64,000 nucleotides of DNA from Epithemia pelagica (Eukaryota; Protista; Bacillariophyta). The stretch lies in assembly GCA_946965045.2 (NCBI GenBank), contig OX337231.1, forward strand, positions 1,550,001 to 1,614,000, in the 5' to 3' direction. The notes beneath the pieces are model-generated. The model saw nothing but the letters and a program-made list of their open reading frames with translations, did no database searches and had not been told where the DNA came from. This document shows positions 55,204 through 64,000 of this stretch, piece after piece. A program made the translations under genes and the position numbers. Every line of letters starts with the position of its first letter. Within the stretch, counting starts at the first letter, position 1.

Positions 55204-57540
55204 TCAGTCTGGTAATAGAACGCTTCGGCAGTGTGGACAACGAAGTGCTACCGTTCCGTCACGACATGTCATTCGGTGTCTGCAGGAATGACAGGTGTAT
55301 AAGCAGATTCCACTAGGAAGCTTCCTCATTGCCGTCCCTCCCAACAGAATATCGGGATATGGACGCATTTGAGGTTCTTGATCCTGTGGATGAGTTTTCG
55401 AATGTCGCGAGCGTCGACTGCCGTCTACCCTGTCCCCGTCCGACCGTGATGTACTGACATTTGCTACCACTGGATGGTGGAAGAAGCGGTGACTTACTCT
55501 TTGCTTCGCAAAATACGGGTGTTTTGGTTCTATCGGGTGGAAAGTATGTTTACTGGGATCTTTGGACGGATTCTTCCATTCACATGCTCGAGGGACACGT
55601 TGAGGTTCAACACTGCTATTGCATGCGCCTTCATCAGTTTCTTGATGTTGTTGATCTGAGTCATTCCATGCTCCAACACCAGGGTTGACCAATGGCGTAG
55701 TTTCGGCTCGCTGCAGAAAAGTCATGTCGTGCTTTGTGGGGCTATCCGATCTCAAGCTTTCTGAAGAGACACGTCCCAAAGCAACCGGAGGCAAATGCAC
55801 TCCATCTAGGTCCCCACCCACGTGCCGACTAACCTTCGATTCCGATTCAAGGGCTTCGGTCCTTTCGACTCGTACTTGTTCTTGGAGCTGAAAGGGTGGG
55901 GAAACAACTTCCGAGTCTTCTTTAGGTCTCTGCGGAGTACTGTTACTTGAACGTCTCATTCTGCTGTTTTCGAACAAAATGGCCATGTGCCCACGTTTCA
56001 CGGTAGGCTCCCTTTCGCTATCGTAATCGCGATCACCATCCCTTCCAGAAGCTGCCAATTGATGGAATGGCGCCGCCGGTACTCTCGCGATTCCTTCACC
56101 TTCATCTAACGGGCGGCTTGCTCGACGTGGAGAAGATGACATTACATTGACCTTTCCCTTGAGACTTTTTGATGGGCTACGACTGCTGTGACTGCCCCTG
56201 GTGTCATAAGTTCGTGCCGTGCCTTTTGAACTACTTCCTTGAGAAGCATCTTGTAGCAAGGAGCGGCTATGCGCATTGGCAGCACTTTTACCTTTTGAAG
56301 GATTGGTACTATGATCAGACAATAGGGGCTTCGTTCGCCGACTGCCCATACTGCCTCTTCTTTCAGTGTTTGCCATTTTGGACGATTTCGCCACAGATCG
56401 GTTTCTCCTGTTCTGATCATCCAAAGACTGTTGAACAACTGGAGCTGACACGTGCGACTCAAGGCTGGTCGGAACAAGACTGTTTTTGGATTTTTTCTCC
56501 TTTGGTCTAGATTTGCGACTCGCTCTCAGTGGAGTGTCAATCCCATCGTCATTATCCTCTGATCGGCGACTGGTTCTAGAAGCAATAGATCTTCGCCGGG
56601 TTTGTCCATCAGGTGACGAAATCGTTCCATTGTCCACCGTACTTGATCGACTTTCAAGCTTGTTGGGTTTCATACTACCGCTCTCTTTCGTGTGATCCTC
56701 CTGGTCTGCGTTTATATTGCCATTCTTCAAACGGCCACCAGCCTGAACGTGTCCTGGTTGACCATGTATTCTATTCACTTTTGTTTCGTTTGGTTCAGTC
56801 TCTGGCTCTGACAATCGGTTTAACGTTGTGTCTTGCTCCTGATTGATTGGAGGCCGACCTGCATGTTCTGGCCAAGAAAGTTTACTTCGTGCGATCTGCG
56901 TTGGGGATTGAGTTTCGCCGTTTTCCTCAGCGTCGGAGATTGAGGCGGAAGCCGACTCCAAGAGTAAGTTTTGTTGAACAACTGTTGTTCCAATCAACGG
57001 AACATTACTGTGGCGCTCTTTTGGTGAACGAGAAAGCGACGAATCACTTTCCTCTCCCGAAGTTGTTCCATAGGCACTGCTGTCATCCCCGCCTGACATG
57101 GCACTAGCGTCTTCCTCCTTGCTTTTCTTTTTCGATTTTCGTTTGGAAGATGAATTCTTGCTCTTTTTCTTTTTACTCTTGGCCCTGGTCGAAGTCCTAT
57201 TGGAACGTTCCGACACATCGGACGCCCACATATCTTCCATCCTGCCATTTTCACCGAGTCGACGAATTCGAGTTTTTTGACCGACCATGAAACTAGGCAA
57301 ATCTCGATTGTAACCAAAGGCTCGATTGTCATCGTCGTCCCGGAGAGAAGCAGACGGCGCAGATTTCGCAAGTAGGCCACTTTGCTTGAGGCTGCTGCTT
57401 CTACTTTTCTTCTTTTTTGAACGATTGTTTTGCACATCGTCGTCTTCTTCGTCCCGAAGCTCCATCACCGCAGTTGGTTGCGAGGAGAGAGAGACGCCAC
57501 TTTGCTTCAGCGATGTAGGCGATACGACCAACGTTGCCAT
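55204..57540 (-). CDS. Low-complexity Ser/Arg/Lys-rich protein with a C-terminal LSD1-type zinc finger
   Basis: 778-aa ORF; CHSCRHRMTCRDGTVALRCPHC; poly-K NLS-like tracts. Confidence 0.75.
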   Translation of the reverse strand: MATLVVSPTSLKQSGVSLSSQPTAVMELRDEEDDDVQNNRSKKKKSRSSSLKQSGLLAKSAPSASLRDDDDNRAFGYNRDLPSFMVGQKTRIRRLGENGRMEDMWASDVSERSNRTSTRAKSKKKKSKNSSSKRKSKKKSKEEDASAMSGGDDSSAYGTTSGEESDSSLSRSPKERHSNVPLIGTTVVQQNLLLESASASISDAEENGETQSPTQIARSKLSWPEHAGRPPINQEQDTTLNRLSEPETEPNETKVNRIHGQPGHVQAGGRLKNGNINADQEDHTKESGSMKPNKLESRSSTVDNGTISSPDGQTRRRSIASRTSRRSEDNDDGIDTPLRASRKSRPKEKKSKNSLVPTSLESHVSAPVVQQSLDDQNRRNRSVAKSSKMANTERRGSMGSRRTKPLLSDHSTNPSKGKSAANAHSRSLLQDASQGSSSKGTARTYDTRGSHSSRSPSKSLKGKVNVMSSSPRRASRPLDEGEGIARVPAAPFHQLAASGRDGDRDYDSEREPTVKRGHMAILFENSRMRRSSNSTPQRPKEDSEVVSPPFQLQEQVRVERTEALESESKVSRHVGGDLDGVHLPPVALGRVSSESLRSDSPTKHDMTFLQRAETTPLVNPGVGAWNDSDQQHQETDEGACNSSVEPQRVPRACEWKNPSKDPSKHTFHPIEPKHPYFAKQRVSHRFFHHPVVANVSTSRSDGDRVDGSRRSRHSKTHPQDQEPQMRPYPDILLGGTAMRKLPSGICLYTCHSCRHRMTCRDGTVALRCPHCRSVLLPD

Positions 57541-58437
57541 TGAGAGAGAGCAGAGTTATCGAACAAGTAGCTCAAGCTCGCTTCTCTCAACCCCCCTCCA
57601 CTGCCAAAAACAATATTATCAACCAAAAAACTGCAGAGTCACAGTGGCCCCACGTAACCGTAACGTCTTGGAACAACGATGGGTCTGCCGATTGTGCTGA
57701 TGGGTAGATCGTCCACTCATGTATGATAAGTGGTCCAATAAACAAGCCTGCAGCGTTCTGTCAGTAATTGACGCTGCAGTTTCTTCGCGGTCTAAGCTCT
57801 TGAGAGATGATTAATATGCTGGAAGATGTTGTTGTTGTGTGGTGCGTAAACTGGTTTGAACGAGTGTGGAATGGCGCTCCCTTTCTCTCTTGCCCTTGTT
57901 TGTTGATGCGAAGTAAGCGCCCGATGGGGGGATTAGGGGCAATCATCATGGGCCCAGAGTGCATCTGTGAATGTGTTAGAACGAAGGCGGGTGACGGACG
58001 AGCGTGGAACAATGGGCTATTTTCAATATTAGGATGGCTTGCGCGTGACCAGTCTGTTGCTGTAGTTGCTATTCATCCGGGCTTAATTGGTGGACAATTG
58101 CTGTCATGTATCCTGATGGGGTAGGTACGTGTAGGGCGTTCACACAAAATGAACAATCGCCCCGATTCGGAAAATGGAACATAGGGAATGGCCGGGATTA
58201 AAATGTGTGCAATTGGCAACTGGTATTCTCGAGTAGAGCTTTTCGCAAAGATGGATTTCCTCTAGCTAGATGTAAGAATTTAGAACGTACGACTAGGACC
58301 AATATCATTGATCATGTTATGCAAACAACCAACCAACTCAGAAATGATAGAGCCTTTGCTTTCGATGTCGACGAGGCCTTGTCATATCTATGAATTTTCA
58401 TAATGGTCCACACTGTAAAAGACTTGGTCATGTTTCA

Positions 58438-61008
58438 TCAATCTTCATCTGGCAATACATACGCATAGGGTGGGACATAGTACTCCGCTGGATGTTTTCG
58501 CGCATCAAAGTCCCCATCCTTGTATGCAATAGCGGCAGATCCATCAGGCATGACATGCACAGCGATTCCCTCGTAGCAGTCTTCCAGTTCGCCATCGGTT
58601 GAGAAACAACCCTGCACAACATCTCCCTCTTCAACTGGTCTATAATGTTCCAACTCGTGAAAGGGAACATGGACCTGGATCTCACCCGTTTCCAGCGCTA
58701 CTGTTGATTCTTGTTTGTTTTTGTTTAGTGCCACGATGTCACCTCGGTACCATGCCTTGTTCGTGTTTCCGTGTCTATCCTCCTCTGTCAAATAGGCCCA
58801 AACAGGAGCTCCCAACCGGAAGTCATCCTGTCCACCTGGCTGAATAGGCCAACCTGCCCTCCATGTCAACAATTGAAGAGACGAACGTGACTCCATCCGG
58901 ATTACTGGTAATTTCCAACGACGGAAACTCACTGGCGTACTTGTTTCCGAAACAGAGGTACGCACCATGCTGCCATCTTGGACTTGCAGTCGTAGGGGGA
59001 TTCCAGCTAGCTTCATTCGTAATCTCCAGGCAAAGAGCGCTGCCTTCCGCGCCAGTGCCGTCGATCTCAATACGGTCCCAAATCGAAGCAGATCCATGGA
59101 GCGATCCAATCGTGTCCGAAGGGCCTCAAGTACGGGCAAGGCCGCACAAGCCAATTCCAACTGTACCGTCTGTTGATTGTCTTGGACCGTTTGAACTCTC
59201 CAATCGCCCGTGCGGTAATTTTGTTGTAAGAAACGCCCTTGATTTTCCTCCACCACTTTGTAAACGGCCGCGTCTACCAGGGCGGACGACAACGTCCGAC
59301 GTTGAGACGGGGGAGTGGATGCTGCCTTTAACGAGTATGATGGTGCCAATTCACTAATGACTTGCTGAAAACGGCGATTCCCGGGATGTCCATCCAACCA
59401 ACGTTCATAAGCTCCCAACCAGGGTGCATCAAACCGTGTGCCAAGCAACACATCCAAAGTGCTCGGAAATGTGGTAGGTCCCGAGGACACAACACCAACC
59501 AACTCTTCCTCCATGCTTCTGCGGGCAGCTGGAGGAAAAGGGCGCATAAGAGACTTTCCCTTGAGTGCATTTTGTGCCCAGGCACTGCATTGGATTTTGT
59601 ACAGGGCACACCCAATCAACAGAAGGACCATTCCATTCGCCACAAGATACCGTGTGAGAGCTTTGCGAAACAAGGATTCACCTGGTGTCGCTTGCTCGTT
59701 GGACTTTGCATTACGCAAGGTGGCCGAAAAAAGAAACAGAAGGACGAAATACATGGCATGGACTCCGNNNNNNNNNNNNNNNNNNNNNNNNNNNNNNNNN
59801 NNNNNNNNNNNNNNNNNNNNNNNNNNNNNNNNNNNNNNNNNNNNNNNNNNNNNNNNNNNNNNNNNNNNNNNNNNNNNNNNNNNNNNNNNNNNNNNNNNNN
59901 NNNNNNNNNNNNNNNNNNNNNNNNNNNNNNNNNNNNNNNNNNNNNNNNNNNNNNNNNNNNNNNNNNNGGTGCGGAGCCCCACGATGCCACACGTGTTGAT
60001 TGAGCAGGGCGGCATCCCCGGCCGGAAGGTCTCCTCGGGCTGATAGGCAGCATGCAAACCACGTCCACCCATGGCATTGTCACAAACATCGTACAAATCG
60101 TTGGCGCAGTAATGCGTTCCAGGACAGATCTCTGTGGCTCCCATCTTCCTTGTCGTGTTTTGTAACGGCAGAAACAAGGAGTAAGAATGACTGTAGGTTC
60201 GAGCAAATTTCAAGGCATTTCCATCTTCCTTGGTATCACTGTGCCATGCTTGTTCCGGTGCACCATAATATTGCGTAATTGTGGTGATTTCCGTCGATGC
60301 CGGATCGTGATCTCCCAAGATTTGTTGAAGCAATTGTCGAAGAAAGCGATTGTGTGTCACTTCTCGAACGGCTTGAATCAAGGCTGGGTGTTCGGTGGCA
60401 TCGTATCCAAAGGAAATGCGTTTGTGACCCTGGGAAACGGGATACTGTTCGTGTTCGGGAATGACACGGTTGCGGTACACGGCATACTCCCGCAATTTTT
60501 GCACCGTTTCGGGTTTCAAAATTTGCGGCAGCAAGACGACACCATGTGTCATGAGCACGTCTTGGGCCATGTCCACTCCGGCCGAAAACAAGGAAGAAGA
60601 GGATCCTTCTTCCACTGTTGGCGTGGTGGGGACAATTAATTCAGTCAAGTTGCGAGTCGTAATATCCTGGGCCGTACAACGTCGATGATAATAAGTGAAT
60701 TCCCGGTGCAAATCCTTGTTGGTTCGAGTCGATCGATCCATGAGAGGAACATAGTAGACTTGATAAATGGATTGCAAACCATACGTTGCTGCACAGGTAC
60801 CCACTAATGCGACCAAGGGGATATCCACCAGACCAACGCGACAGAGAAACCAGAACCATGACAGGACCACAGGACCCCCCTTGGACGAGAAGGATGACGA
60901 ACCAGTCTTTCTACTCGAAAGTGGTGGAGATGCAGGTGTACCTTTAGGGTTTTTCTGGACCACTTTTTCCCGAGGAGACCGTTGCGTTTGATTGTCAGCA
61001 AACATCAT
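58438..61008 (-). CDS. PhyH-type dioxygenase + DUF6824-like + two Tudor-like domains, paralog 3 (apparent 1-bp frameshift near 60017, spans an assembly gap)
   Basis: WHSD; DVLLG..HPGN..F..GRFL; close similarity to paralog 2. Confidence 0.8.
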   Translation of the reverse strand: MMFADNQTQRSPREKVVQKNPKGTPASPPLSSRKTGSSSFSSKGGPVVLSWFWFLCRVGLVDIPLVALVGTCAATYGLQSIYQVYYVPLMDRSTRTNKDLHREFTYYHRRCTAQDITTRNLTELIVPTTPTVEEGSSSSLFSAGVDMAQDVLMTHGVVLLPQILKPETVQKLREYAVYRNRVIPEHEQYPVSQGHKRISFGYDATEHPALIQAVREVTHNRFLRQLLQQILGDHDPASTEITTITQYYGAPEQAWHSDTKEDGNALKFARTYSHSYSLFLPLQNTTRKMGATEICPGTHYCANDLYDVCDNAMGGRGLHAAYQPEETFRPGMPPCSINTCGIVGLRTXXXXXXXXXXXXXXXXXXXXXXXXXXXXXXXXXXXXXXXXXXXXXXXXXXXXXXXXXXXXXXXXXXXGVHAMYFVLLFLFSATLRNAKSNEQATPGESLFRKALTRYLVANGMVLLLIGCALYKIQCSAWAQNALKGKSLMRPFPPAARRSMEEELVGVVSSGPTTFPSTLDVLLGTRFDAPWLGAYERWLDGHPGNRRFQQVISELAPSYSLKAASTPPSQRRTLSSALVDAAVYKVVEENQGRFLQQNYRTGDWRVQTVQDNQQTVQLELACAALPVLEALRTRLDRSMDLLRFGTVLRSTALARKAALFAWRLRMKLAGIPLRLQVQDGSMVRTSVSETSTPVSFRRWKLPVIRMESRSSLQLLTWRAGWPIQPGGQDDFRLGAPVWAYLTEEDRHGNTNKAWYRGDIVALNKNKQESTVALETGEIQVHVPFHELEHYRPVEEGDVVQGCFSTDGELEDCYEGIAVHVMPDGSAAIAYKDGDFDARKHPAEYYVPPYAYVLPDED
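59768..59967. other. Assembly gap (200 N)
   Basis: Run of N. Confidence 0.99.
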
Positions 61009-61616
61009 GATGCCTGTTTATTGACGATCACTCTCTCTTTCTCTTTGGCATTGACCCACAAATTCGTTCTTTCTTGTTGTTCTCTCGCAACAATGACAAA
61101 AGATCGGTATCATCATCAGAAACGCGAATCATGTTTTCCCACCAAAAACGATTCCCGTGAAGCGTCTATACGCCTACACTACGTAGGATTAGGATTCAGA
61201 TTGAGGGGTGGGGAAATGAAGTAGAATTTATTGGGGGTCGAAATTTGGGGCACTGAAACAGATGTTTCTGAGCGACTGCAAATTTGATGCCGAGGAGGAG
61301 ACGCGCCAAACGCCGAGCGAGGGCCGACTTTGAACTGGGCGCAAGGTGATGCGACACCTGCCTGAACAACCACCACCACGAAGACCACAAAGGAAAGGAA
61401 AGGAGCGGACGACTTGTGTCTCCTGCCTTTTGTTTTGTCGGTTTTTGAGGAAGAAAGAAGAACACATTTTCTTTCGACAAGCCCTTTCCGTCGCCGTCGT
61501 GTTGTTGTGGAGACGTGACTGCTCGTCCTGTCCAACAAGCCGCACATTTTACAAAGACTCCCAAATCCCAACTGGTGGTATCTCTCCGTCATTATCGAGC
61601 GTGAAACTCCCACACC

Positions 61617-63620
61617 ATGGCCAGTGGTCGGTATCCTCCTTGTCCGCGCTCCAGATTCCTCTTCCACAATCCCGCAAAGCCTGCCCTCCAAAGCAGCAGT
61701 GGACCACCCATTCTTTGTTCGGGACCAAGATGGTTTCATGACCGAGCCGTATCCGTGGTGGTGTTGATACTTTGTTTGGCAAGTCTGTTCTCGTCCTATT
61801 GGGCCATGCAAATTTTGGAACAAAGCGAACATGCATCTTCCTCCTTCACCCGTCTCATCTTCCCCACTAATGATGAGGGTGGGAGTTTCGAAGTACCAAC
61901 GTTCAGATTGGAACAAAGGGACTTGGAACGAATGAACTCAAAACGTTCTTTTACCAGCAAACCTGAACCCGAGGAGCTACTGGAGACGGGGCCGACAAGA
62001 GACGAGAGTGGAACAACCCAAGATGAGCCACACTTTCTTTCCGACGACCAGAAAGAGCCCGTTGCGGCCATTGTTCGTAACCATGGAGCCCTGTCCCATA
62101 CTATCAATCAAACTCTATTATTTCCCATAATTAATGTGGGTCTTCCCAAAAGTGGTGAAGACACCTTGTGGAATTTCTTTCACAAATTGGGCTTGGTCAC
62201 ACAACATGGGTGTGGCCATGTGCGACGACCCCGAAACACATGCATTGCCATGGGACCGTGTATCTATGCCAATGTCCAAAACGAACGACCAGCCTTTACC
62301 AATTGCTCCAAACAAATCAAGATTGTGGATCCCAATGAACGAGAACTGCAAGTCTACACACAATTGGATGGACAACGTTATTTAAGTCATCAGAAACCAG
62401 TCAAAACGGGTCAATATGTACCTCAAATCCAATACTTGAACGAATTGTATAGTTTTCAACCCAATGCAACATGGATCCTTCCCTTGCATTTGCCTCAACA
62501 CTGGGCCTTTACGGTTTCCAGACATCACATGCTTCGCAAACGATTGTGGAACGAAGGGTTGGTGGCAAAACATCACTCGTCGGTACCAGTCCGCAATCGG
62601 TCCATTTTTCAAGAGGAACCAAACGAACTCGATGCACTCGACCATTGGGAACGCTATTACCATCAACACACGACACGAATACGGGATTTTGTCCAAGATC
62701 ATCCAAGTCTTCGATTGATTGAAGTGCAATATCGCTTCCAACGTGCACCCTTTGATTTGATGGATCGTCTGGGTCTGCCACTTTCAGAGACTATGCGAGC
62801 ATTCCAAGAACGAGGGGATTCCGACCAATCTGTTCAATTGTCTGACTTTTGGGAATGCCTTAGCAACGAATGCGACACGTGGACAGAAAACCTGCAATCG
62901 ATTGACGCGATTCGGAATGGAAAAACGTCGGCCACGGGACAACCTCCGCTCAAACTAGAGACGCCAATTTTTGTGGTGGGCATGCCCAAGAGTGGGACAA
63001 CCAGCGTATTCAACTTTTTCTCGTGCGCAGGTGTTGTATCTCAACACTACTGTTGTTGTGGCGATGTTTCCGATCATCGGCCTTGTTATTCACCCATCAT
63101 GGCGGATTGTATCATGGATAACAAGAAAAATGGACGCCCGATGCTAGAAAACTGTGGTGATTATGACGTGTACGGAGAATTGGATGGGGAACAGATATAC
63201 AGCGTAAAGAATGCTACGAATGGAATGGAAGAGAAACTCGGGGGACATTTCTTGCCCCAAGTATTTGAACTAGATTGGATTCACAAAGAATATCCCAATG
63301 CAACCTTGATCCTGCCGCTACGAAACTCTAAGACATGGGCTGCCTCCGTCAGCCGGTGGTTCAATATGAGGCATCGAATCCAAAATGAATACATATACAT
63401 GAACCGGTCGGAGGAAGTTGTCAATGTTGGCAATCCCCTTGTTAACTTATACGAGAAACACACGACCAATATTGTCAAGTTTGTTCAAGAACACCCGTCG
63501 CATAAACTCATTTTGTTCGAAATCACCGATCCCAACGCGGGAAAGGTTCTGGCGGATGCATCCGGCCTTCCCGAACATTGTTGGGGCCATCACAACCAAA
63601 ACACAGAGCGAAAGTACTAG
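61617..63620 (+). CDS. Type II membrane protein with two tandem sulfotransferase-like P-loop domains
   Basis: Single TM segment; INVGLPKSGED and FVVGMPKSGTT; both domains show YTQLDG/YGELDG, PQ and W..SV. Confidence 0.82.
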   Translation: MASGRYPPCPRSRFLFHNPAKPALQSSSGPPILCSGPRWFHDRAVSVVVLILCLASLFSSYWAMQILEQSEHASSSFTRLIFPTNDEGGSFEVPTFRLEQRDLERMNSKRSFTSKPEPEELLETGPTRDESGTTQDEPHFLSDDQKEPVAAIVRNHGALSHTINQTLLFPIINVGLPKSGEDTLWNFFHKLGLVTQHGCGHVRRPRNTCIAMGPCIYANVQNERPAFTNCSKQIKIVDPNERELQVYTQLDGQRYLSHQKPVKTGQYVPQIQYLNELYSFQPNATWILPLHLPQHWAFTVSRHHMLRKRLWNEGLVAKHHSSVPVRNRSIFQEEPNELDALDHWERYYHQHTTRIRDFVQDHPSLRLIEVQYRFQRAPFDLMDRLGLPLSETMRAFQERGDSDQSVQLSDFWECLSNECDTWTENLQSIDAIRNGKTSATGQPPLKLETPIFVVGMPKSGTTSVFNFFSCAGVVSQHYCCCGDVSDHRPCYSPIMADCIMDNKKNGRPMLENCGDYDVYGELDGEQIYSVKNATNGMEEKLGGHFLPQVFELDWIHKEYPNATLILPLRNSKTWAASVSRWFNMRHRIQNEYIYMNRSEEVVNVGNPLVNLYEKHTTNIVKFVQEHPSHKLILFEITDPNAGKVLADASGLPEHCWGHHNQNTERKY

Positions 63621-63966
63621 AGTTATAGAAAGAGAGTTGAGAATGGGAGAATTGGATCACAGAGAATGAAAGAGTGTCCAAATTAACACTGTCGCATTCT
63701 TCACGGCAGCTAATAGAGAAAAGAGTCGGCTTGAGCTCCTCACCCCTACCAAGTTAAAATAAGTTATGTCGACGGCAACTCTCGAGAAACGGCTAATGAA
63801 TCTTCATCGACCTTCCTGTATCTTTAGGATTTCAGCATTCGCGTTTCTTCATGACTTTGTTGCAAAAACGTTCCATCCTTGACAGCCTTGGAAGGGATCT
63901 GCGTATTGCCTGTTTAGAATCAAGAGAGTGGGTGATTCACATCAAGACCTCAGCGAGAAATTTGTG

Positions 63967-64000
63967 TTAACCCTTTCAGCCCGGCACTTTTTTTGGCCCG
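63967..64000. mobile_element. Possible piggyBac-type terminus
   Basis: TTAA followed by CCCTTT; the partner end is outside the window. Confidence 0.3.

Noticed and set aside
59362-60206. ORFs spanning the N run
   Set aside because: Artefacts of translating through the gap
48535-61008. Halogenase function for the PhyH paralogs
   Set aside because: All three have HxD rather than the HxA/HxG of 2OG halogenases
61179-61916. 245-aa minus-strand ORF
   Set aside because: Overlaps the sulfotransferase start antisense, low complexity, no motif

Overview
Gene-dense eukaryotic nuclear DNA, most likely from a diatom. This is inferred from short GT-AG introns, bipartite signal/transit N-termini on nuclear-encoded plastid proteins (Tab2, Ycf36, DUF3067, glutaredoxin) and DUF6824-like domains; the species cannot be determined. 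About 33 protein-coding loci are present, with no tRNA, rRNA or CRISPR found. Highlights: (1) three paralogous membrane-anchored PhyH-type Fe(II)/2OG dioxygenases fused to a DUF6824-like domain and tandem Tudor-like barrels (48.5-61 kb); (2) a complete 3,141-bp PIF/Harbinger transposon (38-bp TIRs, TGA TSD) that splits a divergent promoter; (3) three adjacent palindromes at 4.5-5.0 kb sharing a GCAC-TC-GTGC site whose asymmetric core is never inverted; (4) a signal-peptide ribokinase fused to a sugar isomerase resembling D-apiose isomerase; (5) a Crinkler-like NTPase/nuclease gene bracketed by a direct repeat; (6) a membrane cytidine-deaminase-like gene broken by one in-frame TAA. All alignments and counts were done by hand, and family assignments come from recognised motifs, not database searches.
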